A DNA stretch of 64,000 nucleotides. Origin: Halobacteriovoraceae bacterium (lineage in GTDB: Bacteria; Bdellovibrionota; Bacteriovoracia; Bacteriovoracales; Bacteriovoracaceae). Within the stretch, counting starts at the first letter, position 1. Every line of letters begins with the position of its first letter. Position numbers and translations under genes: made by a program. Where the stretch lies: positions 544,001 through 608,000 of the forward strand of contig CAVRCF010000001.1 of the NCBI GenBank assembly GCA_963719505.1, read 5' to 3'. Under the pieces are notes generated by a model. It was not told where the DNA came from, searched no databases, and saw only the letters and a program-made list of their open reading frames with translations. Positions 39,751-54,866 of this stretch are shown piece by piece.

Positions 39751-39944
39751 TTTGAATAATGAAATAAGTTTTGAATCCCTCGGGATTCGAAAATAGACGA
39801 GAAAGAACCAAATTAATAGTTCTAGACAGATGAATTGATATAAAGACTTCGGTTTTTATTCTGTCGGCAACCATTATAATGATGAGTTGTTCTATCAAGC
39901 CACAAAACGAACATGAGTTAATTTATTAAATAATTTAAGTTTTA

Positions 39945-41488
<1,544 letters not shown>

Positions 41489-41582
41489 TTAAGGATATAA
41501 ATTATCCAGGTCAATACTATTAAACATTTTGGTTCTTTCTCCTCTCTATTTTCTATATAAATTTAAAAATATCTTTAAGTCT

Positions 41583-41659
41583 GGGTGTATAGCTCAGCTG
41601 GTTAGAGTACGTCCCTGATAAGGACGGGGTCCCAGGTTCAAGTCCTGGTACACCCACCA
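41583..41659 (+). tRNA. tRNA-Ile(GAU)
   Basis: 77-nt cloverleaf, anticodon GAT and encoded CCA; lies in the 16S-23S spacer. Confidence 0.97.
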
Positions 41660-41780
41660 TGCTAGAGTGTGGATACGACTTAAAGACATTATCTTTGACA
41701 ATTACATAACAGGATCAGATAGAAGACGAGAACATAGTAAATTAACGATACATTTTCGAATGTATCGCCCAAAAAACTAG

Positions 41781-44705
<2,925 letters not shown>

Positions 44706-44837
44706 TTTAATGTTTTTTGGGAATGTTAATTTACTATGTTTGAATCTTTTATCTGATTTTGTTTTGTAATTGCAAAAGCGACGTAGCTGTCGTAAAAGAG
44801 CTAAGTTAAAAATATTGCTTAAATTGTTATACGATTT

Positions 44838-44953
44838 GGGTGTGTTTATAGCGCAGGGGAAACACCTAGTTACATCTCGAACCTAGAAGTTAAGTCCTGT
44901 TGCGGCGAAAGTAGTGCATGGGCGACTGTGTGTGAGGTTAGCAAAATGCACCC
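44838..44953 (+). rRNA. rrf: 5S rRNA (ends approximate)
   Basis: GGGTG...CACCC terminal helix, CGAAC..AGAAGTTAAG loop C, ~116 nt. Confidence 0.93.
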
Positions 44954-44983
44954 TTTAATTTTTCTCTTCGGGGAAAGATATAT

Positions 44984-45013
44984 AAAGAGGATCTTCGGAT
45001 CCTCTTTTTTTTT
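44984..45013 (+). terminator. rrn terminator
   Basis: AAAGAGGATC-TTCG-GATCCTCTTT followed by a long T run. Confidence 0.9.
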
Positions 45014-45055
45014 GTCTTTTTTGAACTGTCTTTGAAAAAAACCTCCTTAAAACAG

Positions 45056-46805
45056 GTAACTGCTCAATAAAGTGTTCTTCAAATCTTTAAAAATATTTAT
45101 TTTGAACTAAACATCAGAAATTGTTTGGCCATCCATCTCTTTTTTGTAAATATATCTCCATGGCATTTGATGAATTAAAAAACATGGCAATGGGATGGGT
45201 AAATACTTGGAATAAAGGCAAACTCAAAAGAAAGTTAAAAGAGACTGCTCAGCGTGCTGTAGACCTTACTATAGAAAATTCAGAGTTGGAAAAAAAGAAT
45301 AGTGAACTCATAGATGAAGTTCGTCGTCTCAAAGGTGAAAAAGAAAAACCTAAAATAAAGCCAACAAATACTAGTGACCTAAATCCACCTCCGAAGAAAG
45401 AACATAAGAAAAAGTCTAAAAAGAAAGATATCGAAGTTGATGAAGAGATTGAAATTTCTCCAGATAAAAATGAACTCCCTAAAGACGCTAAATTCATCGG
45501 TTCTAGAGATGTTGTGGTCCAAGAAATAGTATTTAATCGCAGAAATATAAAATTCTCTATTAAGAGATATTACTCTGAAAGTCTCGGTAGAGTTATCGAA
45601 GGTGAGATACCTTCAGGTTTCAAGGGCCATCAGTTTGGTCCTAAACTTCGGTCCCACATTCTTTATTTGAATTACAAATTAAGAGTTCCCCACGAAAAGA
45701 TTAGAGAAATGCTCTCTGAGCTGAAAATTGATATTAGTGCAGGAACTATAAATTCAATTCTAAATAACCTGACTGATGACTTTCAGGTTGATCTGGAATC
45801 CGCAAGACATGCAGGACTAAAAAGAGATTCGAAAGTTCATATCGATGATACTGGGGCGAAAGTTAATGGAGTAAAAGCTTACACATTTGGAGTAAGCCAT
45901 AAGTACTTTACTAGCTTCACTACGAGTTTTGAAAAGAATCGTTGGGCATCGGTGGGAGCACTCTTTGGAGGTGAGCAAAGGTTTATTTTCGATAGAGCTG
46001 CAATTGATTTTATTGGTAAGAAACTAAAACGTCCCAAGGTTACAGTATTTTTTAACCTTCTAGAAAAGAAGATAAGTTTTAGTCGAGAAGAATTAGAGGT
46101 CTTTTTTGAAGATTCGACTTTCTCAGATGTAACTAAAAAACAAAAAGATATCGTTAGAACTGCTGGTGCACTTAGTTATGCGAACTCTAGAGCGAATGGA
46201 CCACCAATAAGATTTTTAATCTCAGATGAAGGGACAAATTTTAATGGGCTTCATAGGAACCATCAGCTTTGTTGGGTGCATGAGATTCGTAAATATAAGC
46301 TATGTGAGGTTTTCAAAAGAATAGAGAGTGAAACCCTTGAGAAATTGGTTCGTCAGTGGAGAGCTTTTTATAAGCTCATGAAGAGGTACAGGAATAATCC
46401 TGACGCCGTTAAGAGAATACAGATTCGATCAGAATTTGAGAGGATCACGTCTTTAAAAACATTAGTTAAACCACTGGATGCACAGCTTGGAAGAACAAGA
46501 AAGAATAGAGATAAACTTTTACTATTTTTGAAATACCCACAACTTCCTCTGGATAATAACCTTTGCGAAAGAGACCTTCGAGAACGAGTGATAAAAAGAA
46601 AAATCTCACTTCAAAACCGCTCATTGAAAGGAATGAAGTCTTGGGACTTGATGCTTTCACTGGCCTCAACTTGTAGAAAAATAAATTTGAGTTTTTGGCG
46701 ATATTTAGAAGATCGAATCTCCCAACGAGAAGAAATTCCATACCTGGGCAAGCTAGTTCAAGCTATTTAAATCCTATAAATTTAAACACAATATTGAGCA
46801 GTTAC
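45056..46805 (+). mobile_element. IS66-family insertion sequence, single-ORF (ISBst12-like) type, 1750 bp
   Basis: 14-bp perfect TIR GTAACTGCTCAATA; 8-bp TSD TAAAACAG at 45048-45055 and 46806-46813. Confidence 0.93.
45160..46770 (+). CDS. IS66-family transposase (TnpC-like)
   Basis: N-terminal coiled coil; HIDDTG, LISD, QLCWVHEIR and PLDNNLCERDLR..VIKRKIS. Confidence 0.93.
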   Translation: MAFDELKNMAMGWVNTWNKGKLKRKLKETAQRAVDLTIENSELEKKNSELIDEVRRLKGEKEKPKIKPTNTSDLNPPPKKEHKKKSKKKDIEVDEEIEISPDKNELPKDAKFIGSRDVVVQEIVFNRRNIKFSIKRYYSESLGRVIEGEIPSGFKGHQFGPKLRSHILYLNYKLRVPHEKIREMLSELKIDISAGTINSILNNLTDDFQVDLESARHAGLKRDSKVHIDDTGAKVNGVKAYTFGVSHKYFTSFTTSFEKNRWASVGALFGGEQRFIFDRAAIDFIGKKLKRPKVTVFFNLLEKKISFSREELEVFFEDSTFSDVTKKQKDIVRTAGALSYANSRANGPPIRFLISDEGTNFNGLHRNHQLCWVHEIRKYKLCEVFKRIESETLEKLVRQWRAFYKLMKRYRNNPDAVKRIQIRSEFERITSLKTLVKPLDAQLGRTRKNRDKLLLFLKYPQLPLDNNLCERDLRERVIKRKISLQNRSLKGMKSWDLMLSLASTCRKINLSFWRYLEDRISQREEIPYLGKLVQAI

Positions 46806-46924
46806 TAAAACAGTGACCAAAGTTTTTACACCCCTATGTAACTTTTCTAAATTGAAAACTATGGGCGCCATATTTTGTTATTGTTGTGGCTAAAGAATCT
46901 TATCTCTATAAAAGGAGCCGACTT

Positions 46925-47575
46925 ATGCGCTTATTAACGACCTCTTTACTGGCAATGACCTTATTTAGCTCAGCCTTTGCATCTGACTATTACTGTAAGA
47001 GCTCATATGATGCTAAGCTGGAGAGAATCGAAGCTAATCGTACAGTTCGCATGATCGGACAAGGTACACTGGGCTTGGGATTAATTGTATCAGGAGTTGC
47101 CGTGCCTATGATTATCTATGGTGGTGGAGCCGCTGGGATTTCAATTATATCTGCCCTCGTTACTGGACCAACAGCACAGTGGTTAATGGAAATTGTTGAT
47201 CGTGAGGATGGTTTATTGATGGCAAAAAAATTCATTGAATTATCGCAACTAAATCGAGACGACCTTAAAGCTTCATCGTATGAAGACTTTATTGATGAGA
47301 AGTTGAAAAAAAGAAATAGAGGCTCTGATATTGAAGTCACTAGAGAGCAAGTTTATTCAGCTTACCCTTTTAGTGAATTTCAAATGAATTCAATCGTGGA
47401 CTTAGCTTTAGAAAGAGTTAATAAGAAGAGACAGAGCAGATCCTTGGAAAAATTGTCTTACGAAGGATTTCAGGCTGAAGTTGACCTTATGTTAAAAACA
47501 GATCTTTTCTGCCAAAATCGTGCCCAAACTTATCGTAAAGTTGTTAAACTTATGAAAAATAAACTCAAACACTAA
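46925..47575 (+). CDS. Secreted/membrane hypothetical protein
   Basis: SD AGGAG, signal peptide (AFA) and a Gly-rich hydrophobic hairpin. Confidence 0.7.
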   Translation: MRLLTTSLLAMTLFSSAFASDYYCKSSYDAKLERIEANRTVRMIGQGTLGLGLIVSGVAVPMIIYGGGAAGISIISALVTGPTAQWLMEIVDREDGLLMAKKFIELSQLNRDDLKASSYEDFIDEKLKKRNRGSDIEVTREQVYSAYPFSEFQMNSIVDLALERVNKKRQSRSLEKLSYEGFQAEVDLMLKTDLFCQNRAQTYRKVVKLMKNKLKH

Positions 47576-47682
47576 AATTGTATTGGTAATAAGGTAGTAG
47601 CTGACTTTTAAGCTCTACCTTTTGTTCAATGTAGCTCTTTAAATAACTTGAAACTTCTTTCGCACTTCATTATCATTTTATA

Positions 47683-50025
47683 ATGATAAGAAAATTAAAT
47701 AGATACCAACTTTTAATCCTATGCCTACTCTCAAGTATAAATATTATATTTTACTTCATGGGCGATATGGTTCCCGACAATACTTTTCAAATTCAAGGCG
47801 ATACGAGCTCAATCAATTCATTTACTTACTATTTGTCGTCAATGGCTTCTTACGTATCTTATTACGTTGGTCCTTGGATTATTCTTCCTTTTTTTGCCTC
47901 TGCTTTTGTCTATTCATTTCTTATTTCAAAAAGAGAAAGTGAAATTGATATTTTCATACCAACCTCTCTGATTCTAGTGTTTTATTTTTTTAGCCTTCTT
48001 ATATTTCCAAATTTGGTCGGATCAGGTCTTACGTTTTTAAGCTACAAAGCCTTCTCTACTTACACGATATTCTTTTCAACATTAATTTTTTCCATCGTTG
48101 CACTCTACCTTTGCTTACAAGGATCTTTTATCGATACCCTTCAGGCATTCCAAGTTGCTGCGGAAAGAATTGGAGCTGTTATCTGGAGATCATTTGGCCG
48201 TGGATTAAATCGATTTAAAGAGGTTTCGATAGCCGAATCTGGTAAGAGCAAAAAGATTCAACTGCAACAAAAAGCTATCGGCTTTATAAAAGATGGTGCA
48301 GAAAAACTAAAAGATGTGGCGATCAAAAAAGATAAAGAGGAGATCTCAAATACAGACAAATCTCCAGAGAAAATAACCCCCATCGTTAGGCAAAACCTTG
48401 AAGAAGTTGAAACAAAAGTAATTGTTGAAGATACTGAACAAGAAGATGATTTCGGTATGAGCACAAGTGCTTTAACTAGTAGCCATGAAAAAGAAGAGCT
48501 TTTAGACAAACCTGTAAGAAGACCGACAAAAGCGCCAACATTTTTTAAAAGTTCTGAACTTGTGGATTGCATAAATATTGCTAATAAAGTCATCAATAAC
48601 ACAGGAGATGACTCTCATTACTTTAATAAAATAATGGCAGCAATTGAAGATAAGCTTCAAGAATTTAAACTGCCTGCTAAAATTATAAATGTTTTAAAAG
48701 GTCCAGTCGTTGATACATTTGAGTTAGAGCTAGGTGAGGGTGTTAAACTTTCTAAAGTTTTGAATTTATCTGATGATATTGGACTCGCTCTTAATGGTGT
48801 ACCGATTAGAATTGTCTACCCTCTTCGTGGAAAGTCTACCATTGGTATTGAAGTTCCAAGAAACCCACGAGAAATTATTTATCTTGATGATGTTCTAAAG
48901 AATAAAGCTTATGGAAACTCAACGCTAAGATTACCTGTAATGATGGGGAAGGACGCATTTGGCGAAACAAAAGTCGTCGATCTCGCGGCTATGCCTCACA
49001 TGCTTGTTGCTGGTGCCACCGGTGCTGGTAAGTCTGTATTTATAAATACAATGCTTGTTTCTCTTATTATTAAAAAGTCACCGCGAGAATTAAAACTGAT
49101 ACTTGTCGATCCTAAGCAACTTGAACTTGCTTTGTATGAGAGACTTCCCCACCTCTTAATGCCTGTTATTACCGAGGCTAAACTCGCTTCGGTAGCGATG
49201 CTTTGGCTTGTTCAGGAAATGGATAGAAGATATTCTATTCTGAAAGACATGGCGGTTAAAAATATCGAAGGCTTTAATAAGAAAGTTAAAACTTGTGATG
49301 AAAAGATGCTTCAGAGAATTAATAAATACTATGAAGATCAGCAGGATGATGGTTATGAACTTCCCTATATCGTTTGTGTTATCGATGAATTCGCAGACCT
49401 AATTCTTACAAAAACTGGTAAAGAGATTGAAATCAATGTTAATAGACTGGCAGCTAAAGCCAGAGCAGCGGGAATTCACTTGGTTGTAGCGACACAAAGA
49501 CCATCAACTGACGTCGTGACCGGGACTATTAAGGCAAACTTTCCAACTCGAGTGGCATTTACTGTTACTACTGGGATTGATTCGAGAACTATTCTTGATC
49601 AGTATGGAGCTGAAAAACTATTGAAGCGTGGAGATATGCTATTTAAACAAGGGGTTGACCTCTTTAGACTCCACTCCGCCTATGTTGAGGAAGAAGAAAT
49701 TGAAGGCTTAGTTGATAAGCTAGCAGAAATTCCTGCTGTCTTTAATGCTAGTGCTGTTAACTTTATTGAAAATACTGGTGAAGATGATGACATGAATGGA
49801 GAGGTAAAAACTACATTTGTTTCAGGGACAAGCGATGACCCAGTTTACAATGAAGCCATTGAAATTGTTATGGATAAGGGATCAGCTTCGGCTTCAATGC
49901 TGCAACGAGCATTAAGGGTTGGGTACAATAGGGCTGCAAATATTATTGATGAAATGGAGAAAAATGGAATTGTTGGACCAGCCCAAGGTTCAAAGCCAAG
50001 AAAAGTTGTTGGACGCGCTGAGTAG
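47683..50025 (+). CDS. ftsK: DNA translocase FtsK
   Basis: N-terminal TM helices; PHMLVAGATGAGKS, IDEFAD and ATQRPS; gamma domain LQRALRVGYNRAA. Confidence 0.96.
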   Translation: MIRKLNRYQLLILCLLSSINIIFYFMGDMVPDNTFQIQGDTSSINSFTYYLSSMASYVSYYVGPWIILPFFASAFVYSFLISKRESEIDIFIPTSLILVFYFFSLLIFPNLVGSGLTFLSYKAFSTYTIFFSTLIFSIVALYLCLQGSFIDTLQAFQVAAERIGAVIWRSFGRGLNRFKEVSIAESGKSKKIQLQQKAIGFIKDGAEKLKDVAIKKDKEEISNTDKSPEKITPIVRQNLEEVETKVIVEDTEQEDDFGMSTSALTSSHEKEELLDKPVRRPTKAPTFFKSSELVDCINIANKVINNTGDDSHYFNKIMAAIEDKLQEFKLPAKIINVLKGPVVDTFELELGEGVKLSKVLNLSDDIGLALNGVPIRIVYPLRGKSTIGIEVPRNPREIIYLDDVLKNKAYGNSTLRLPVMMGKDAFGETKVVDLAAMPHMLVAGATGAGKSVFINTMLVSLIIKKSPRELKLILVDPKQLELALYERLPHLLMPVITEAKLASVAMLWLVQEMDRRYSILKDMAVKNIEGFNKKVKTCDEKMLQRINKYYEDQQDDGYELPYIVCVIDEFADLILTKTGKEIEINVNRLAAKARAAGIHLVVATQRPSTDVVTGTIKANFPTRVAFTVTTGIDSRTILDQYGAEKLLKRGDMLFKQGVDLFRLHSAYVEEEEIEGLVDKLAEIPAVFNASAVNFIENTGEDDDMNGEVKTTFVSGTSDDPVYNEAIEIVMDKGSASASMLQRALRVGYNRAANIIDEMEKNGIVGPAQGSKPRKVVGRAE

Positions 50026-50141
50026 TCGCTGAGAGAATGATCGCCAAATATCAAAATTTGAGAGAGAAGAAAATCTTCTCTCTTGCCGTTTTCAACCCTG
50101 CATGCTAAAAACACTAACAATATTTAAGCTATAAATACGTT

Positions 50142-50190
50142 AATCGCTTGATTTGGATGGTCCCTACATTTCGTGGGGTAACAAGCGATT
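50142..50190 (+). promoter_or_regulatory. Structured rpsB leader (candidate uS2 autoregulatory RNA)
   Basis: AATCGCTTG/CAAGCGATT outer stem and CCCTAC/GTGGGG inner stem in the rpsB 5' UTR. Confidence 0.5.
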
Positions 50191-50216
50191 CGACACAACC
50201 AACCAAGGAGACATTC

Positions 50217-51003
50217 ATGGCTAAAGAATTAAGTTTAACAGAAATGCTAGAAGCAGGTGCACACTTCGGTCACCAAACTCACAAGTGGAACCCAAAAATG
50301 AAACCATATGTTTATGGTGAAAGAAACGGGATCTACATCATCGATCTTCAACAAACAGTACCAATGGCTAAGAAAGCTTATGACTTCATAAAGAAGACAG
50401 CATCTAGTGGAAAATCGGTTCTTTTTGTTGGAACTAAAAGACAAGCAGTCAGAAGTCGTTAGAAACAAGCGCTATTGAATGTGGAGCTTTCCATGTTACT
50501 AACAGATGGTTAGGTGGAATGCTTACAAATTATAAAACTATTGCTCAATCAATTGATAAACTTAGAAAAGTTGAAAAAATGAAAGAGACTGGTGACTTCA
50601 AACTTCTTAAAAAGAAAGAACAATCAAAAATCGAAAAAGATATCGCAAAGCTTAGAAAAAAACCTTGGTGGAATCAAGAACATGAGAAAGCTTCCTGGAG
50701 CTATCGTTGTTGTTGATCCAAATAATGAAAGAATTGCGGTTAAAGAGGCAAATCTTTTAGGTATTCCAGTTGTTGCAGTTGTTGATACTAACTGTGACCC
50801 AGAAGGTGTTGATTACATCGTTCCTGGAAATGACGATGCAATCAAGTCTATCACTATGTTCTCTGAGTACTTTGCTAATGCTGTTGCAGAGGGAAGTAAG
50901 AGGGGCTAAGAGAGAAACTGGTGAAGTAAAAGACATGAGTCTCTGAAAAAGAGATTCTTGAAAAATACGAAAAAGACGTTGAATTAAAGTTGAAGGTGAA
51001 TAA
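50217..51003 (+). CDS. rpsB: 30S ribosomal protein S2 (several apparent indels; 3' end approximate)
   Basis: [34 protein letters not shown] and PGNDDA spread over different frames. Confidence 0.95.
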
Positions 51004-51031
51004 TAATAATTAAATTATAAGGATTTGAATC

Positions 51032-51956
51032 ATGTCATTTGGTGCTAAAGATGTAAAAGAACTAAGAGAAAAAACTGGTGCAGGAATGATGGACTGTAAA
51101 AAAGCCCTTACTGAAACTAGTGGTGATATGGAAGCAGCTGTAGACTTTTTGAGAGCAAAAGGTTTAGCTGCTGCTGCAAAAAAAGCAAGTAGAATTGCTG
51201 CAGAAGGTTTGATTGGAGCAGTTGTTGAAGGTAATGTTGGTGTTGTTGTTGAAGTTAACTGTGAGACAGACTTTGTTGCAAAAAATGATGACTTTAAAAA
51301 GTTTGTAAACGATATTGCTAACTTTCTTAATCACGAGCAATGCCACAGATGTTGCAAGCTCTTAAAGCTGAAAAAATGGGCAATTCAACTGTTGACTGAA
51401 ACAGTTCAAGAGTTAACATTAAAATTGGTGAAAAAATCGATATAAGAAGATTTGAAAAAAGAACAATTTCTGGTGATGGAACAAGTTGGTTCATACGTTC
51501 ACGGTGGAAAAATTGGTGTTTTAGTTGAAGTTGCTTCTGATAAAGCAGATGCTACTAAAAACTCCTGAATTTCAAGAACTCGTTAAACGACTTATGTCTT
51601 CACACAGCAGCTGCGATCCCAAGATTTTTAAGCTCAAGTGAAATTGATGAAGATTTTAAAAAAAGAGAAGCTGAAGTTTATGAAGCTCAACTAAAAGAGC
51701 AAGGTAAGCCAGAAAATATGATTCCAAATATTATTAAAGGAAAAATGAATAAGCTTGCTTCAGAAGTTTGTCTTCTGGATCAAAAGTTTGTTAAAGATCC
51801 AGATCAGTCAATTGCTAAACTTGTTGAAAGAAGTTGGCATCAAAGATTGGTGCTAAGCTTGAAGTTAAAGGTTTTACTAAACTAGACTTAGGTGAAGGTA
51901 TTGAGAAAAAAGAGGATAACCTTGCAGATGAAGTAGCAAAGTTAACAAAAGGCTAA
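51032..51956 (+). CDS. tsf: Elongation factor Ts (several apparent indels)
   Basis: [19 protein letters not shown] and [17 protein letters not shown] and [10 protein letters not shown] in other frames. Confidence 0.95.
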
Positions 51957-51978
51957 GAAAATTATTTTAAAAATACTG

Positions 51979-52003
51979 AGGGACCCTTAAAGGGTCCCTT
52001 TTT
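51979..52003 (+). terminator. Terminator after tsf
   Basis: AGGGACCCT-TAA-AGGGTCCCT followed by TTTT. Confidence 0.8.
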
Positions 52004-52005
52004 AG

Positions 52006-52741
<736 letters not shown>

Positions 52742-52753
52742 AAGGAGATTTAA

Positions 52754-53311
52754 ATGATTGATGAAATTAAAACGATATTAGAAGACCAAATGACAAAGAC
52801 AATTAAGTCTCTTCAGACACAGTTCTTAAAAGTCAGAACAGGAAGAGCAAATGCCAACGTCCTCGATGGTGTTAATGTCGATTACTATGGAACGCCAACA
52901 CCTTTGAAACAAGTTGGGCAAATCTCTACTCCAGAAGCTAGGCTTCTTCAAATTCAACCGTTTGATAAGACTATTATTGCTGATATTGAAAAAGCTATTA
53001 TTAATGCTAACTTAGGTTTAAATCCTGGTAACGATGGAAATCTTATTAGAATTCAATTTCCCGCTTTAACTGAAGAAACGAGAAAAGATCTTGTTAGGCA
53101 GATCAAAAAAATGGGAGAGGATGCAAAAATATCGATTAGAAACTCTCGTAGAGATCAAAATGAAATTGTAAAAAAAGCGGAAAAAGATAAAGAAATCACT
53201 GAAGATGATGTAAAAAAGTTCGCAGATGAAATTCAAAAAGTTACAGACGTTTATGTAAAGCAAGTTGATGACATGATGATTGCTAAAGAAAAAGACTTGA
53301 TGACAGTTTAA
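52754..53311 (+). CDS. frr: Ribosome recycling factor
   Basis: RTGRAN, YYG, PALTEETRK and IRNSRRD. Confidence 0.97.
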   Translation: MIDEIKTILEDQMTKTIKSLQTQFLKVRTGRANANVLDGVNVDYYGTPTPLKQVGQISTPEARLLQIQPFDKTIIADIEKAIINANLGLNPGNDGNLIRIQFPALTEETRKDLVRQIKKMGEDAKISIRNSRRDQNEIVKKAEKDKEITEDDVKKFADEIQKVTDVYVKQVDDMMIAKEKDLMTV

Positions 53312-54048
53312 TGGAATCAAGTCTTCGTCATATTGCAATCGTTATGGATGGAAATGGCCGCTGGGCTACAGAGAGAAATCGACCAAGAGTTTGGGGCCAT
53401 ATCAGAGGCTCAAATATAGTGACATCTGTGGTTGAGAAAGCCTCAGATTTAAAACTTGATGCTTTGACTCTCTACGCTTTTTCTACTGAAAATTGGTCTC
53501 GACCAGATCTTGAAATAAAAACTCTTTTTAAACTTTTAAAAAAATTTTTAAAGAAAGAGCAAAAGTCGATTCTGAAAAATAATATAGTTTTTGATGTTAT
53601 TGGAGATACCTCTGGGCTGGATCAGGCCACTCAAGATATTATTAAACAGACAAGAGACCTCTCAAGGAACAACAGCGGACTAAAATTATCTTTTGCTTTT
53701 AGCTACGGTGGTAGACAAGAAATTATTCACGCTGTTAATCAGTATATCAGAAAATCACCAGGTCTAAAAATTGATGAAAAGTTGTTGGAGCAAAACCTTT
53801 ATCGTCCAGAAATAGGAGATGTTGATCTTCTTATAAGGACTGGAGGAGACAAGAGGGTGTCTAACTTTCTTTTATGGCAAGTCAGCTATGCCGAGCTCTA
53901 TTTTACTGATATCAAATGGCCAGACTTTACGGCAAGTCAGTTTGAAGCCATAGTTGAGGAAGTTAAAAGTCGAAGCAGACGTTTTGGAAGCCTTGACAAT
54001 AATGGAAGTCTAGAAAAGACAAAAATTTTATTAGAAGGAAAACAATGA
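53311..54048 (+). CDS. uppS: Polyprenyl diphosphate synthase
   Basis: HIAIVMDGNGRWA, FSTENWSR, SYGGR and RVSNFLLWQ. Confidence 0.96.
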   Translation: MESSLRHIAIVMDGNGRWATERNRPRVWGHIRGSNIVTSVVEKASDLKLDALTLYAFSTENWSRPDLEIKTLFKLLKKFLKKEQKSILKNNIVFDVIGDTSGLDQATQDIIKQTRDLSRNNSGLKLSFAFSYGGRQEIIHAVNQYIRKSPGLKIDEKLLEQNLYRPEIGDVDLLIRTGGDKRVSNFLLWQVSYAELYFTDIKWPDFTASQFEAIVEEVKSRSRRFGSLDNNGSLEKTKILLEGKQ

Positions 54049-54860
54049 GTAATACACAATTAAGAATAGTCTCAGCATTAGTTTTGGCATTGATCGTTAC
54101 TCTTTGTTTGATTATTGGTAAGTCTGCAACCCTCCTCTTTATAGGATTGGTCGGTTTTTTCGTTATAGACGAATTTATCTTGAACTTTTTGAATTTTAGC
54201 AGGAGTAACAAAAGTTATATCATCTCAATTGTAACTTTTGTGTCAGGGTATTTTTACTTTAACTTTTTTGATCATTCAGATGCTCTGACTAAAGGTCTAA
54301 ATAGCTTGGGTCTAATTATGAGTGGTGGACTTATTTACTATTTGTTCCTTACAAAACACGACTCTTTGAAAATCCAAAGGTTTCTTGGAAAATATACTTT
54401 ATTTGTAGGTATCCTTATTCTCATTCCTTTTTTAAACCTCTCTGCTATCGTTCACGAAAAGCAATGGTTGCTGAAGATGATTGGCTTAGTCATTCTAAAC
54501 TTTTCAGTTGATACAGCGGCTTGGTTTTGGGGAAAGAACTTTGGAAAAACGAAGCTTTGGCCAAAAGTTAGTCCGAAAAAAACAATTGAAGGCTTTGTTG
54601 GTGGAGTTATTTCATCAGTTTTAATTACGGGTGTATACTGGAGTATTTTTATTCAAGTCCCCTCTTCGTTTGTATTTGTCTCATTTTTTCTCATTGCCAC
54701 CTGTTCTCAAATTGGAGATCTGGTACAATCTAAGATGAAAAGACAATTCGATATCAAAGATAGTTCGAATCTAATCCCAGGCCATGGCGGGGTTTATGAC
54801 AGAGTAGATAGTTTACTTTTTGTTGCCCCTCTTTATCTATGGCTAATGTTACAATTGTAG
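54045..54860 (+). CDS. cdsA: Phosphatidate cytidylyltransferase
   Basis: SPKKTIEG, GDLVQS and KDSSNLIPGHGGVYDRVDS. Confidence 0.95.
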   Translation: MSNTQLRIVSALVLALIVTLCLIIGKSATLLFIGLVGFFVIDEFILNFLNFSRSNKSYIISIVTFVSGYFYFNFFDHSDALTKGLNSLGLIMSGGLIYYLFLTKHDSLKIQRFLGKYTLFVGILILIPFLNLSAIVHEKQWLLKMIGLVILNFSVDTAAWFWGKNFGKTKLWPKVSPKKTIEGFVGGVISSVLITGVYWSIFIQVPSSFVFVSFFLIATCSQIGDLVQSKMKRQFDIKDSSNLIPGHGGVYDRVDSLLFVAPLYLWLMLQL

Positions 54861-54866
54861 GTTGTT

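Noticed and set aside
46862-46880. Possible sigma54 promoter before the gene at 46925
   Set aside because: GG-N10-GC spacing is not met
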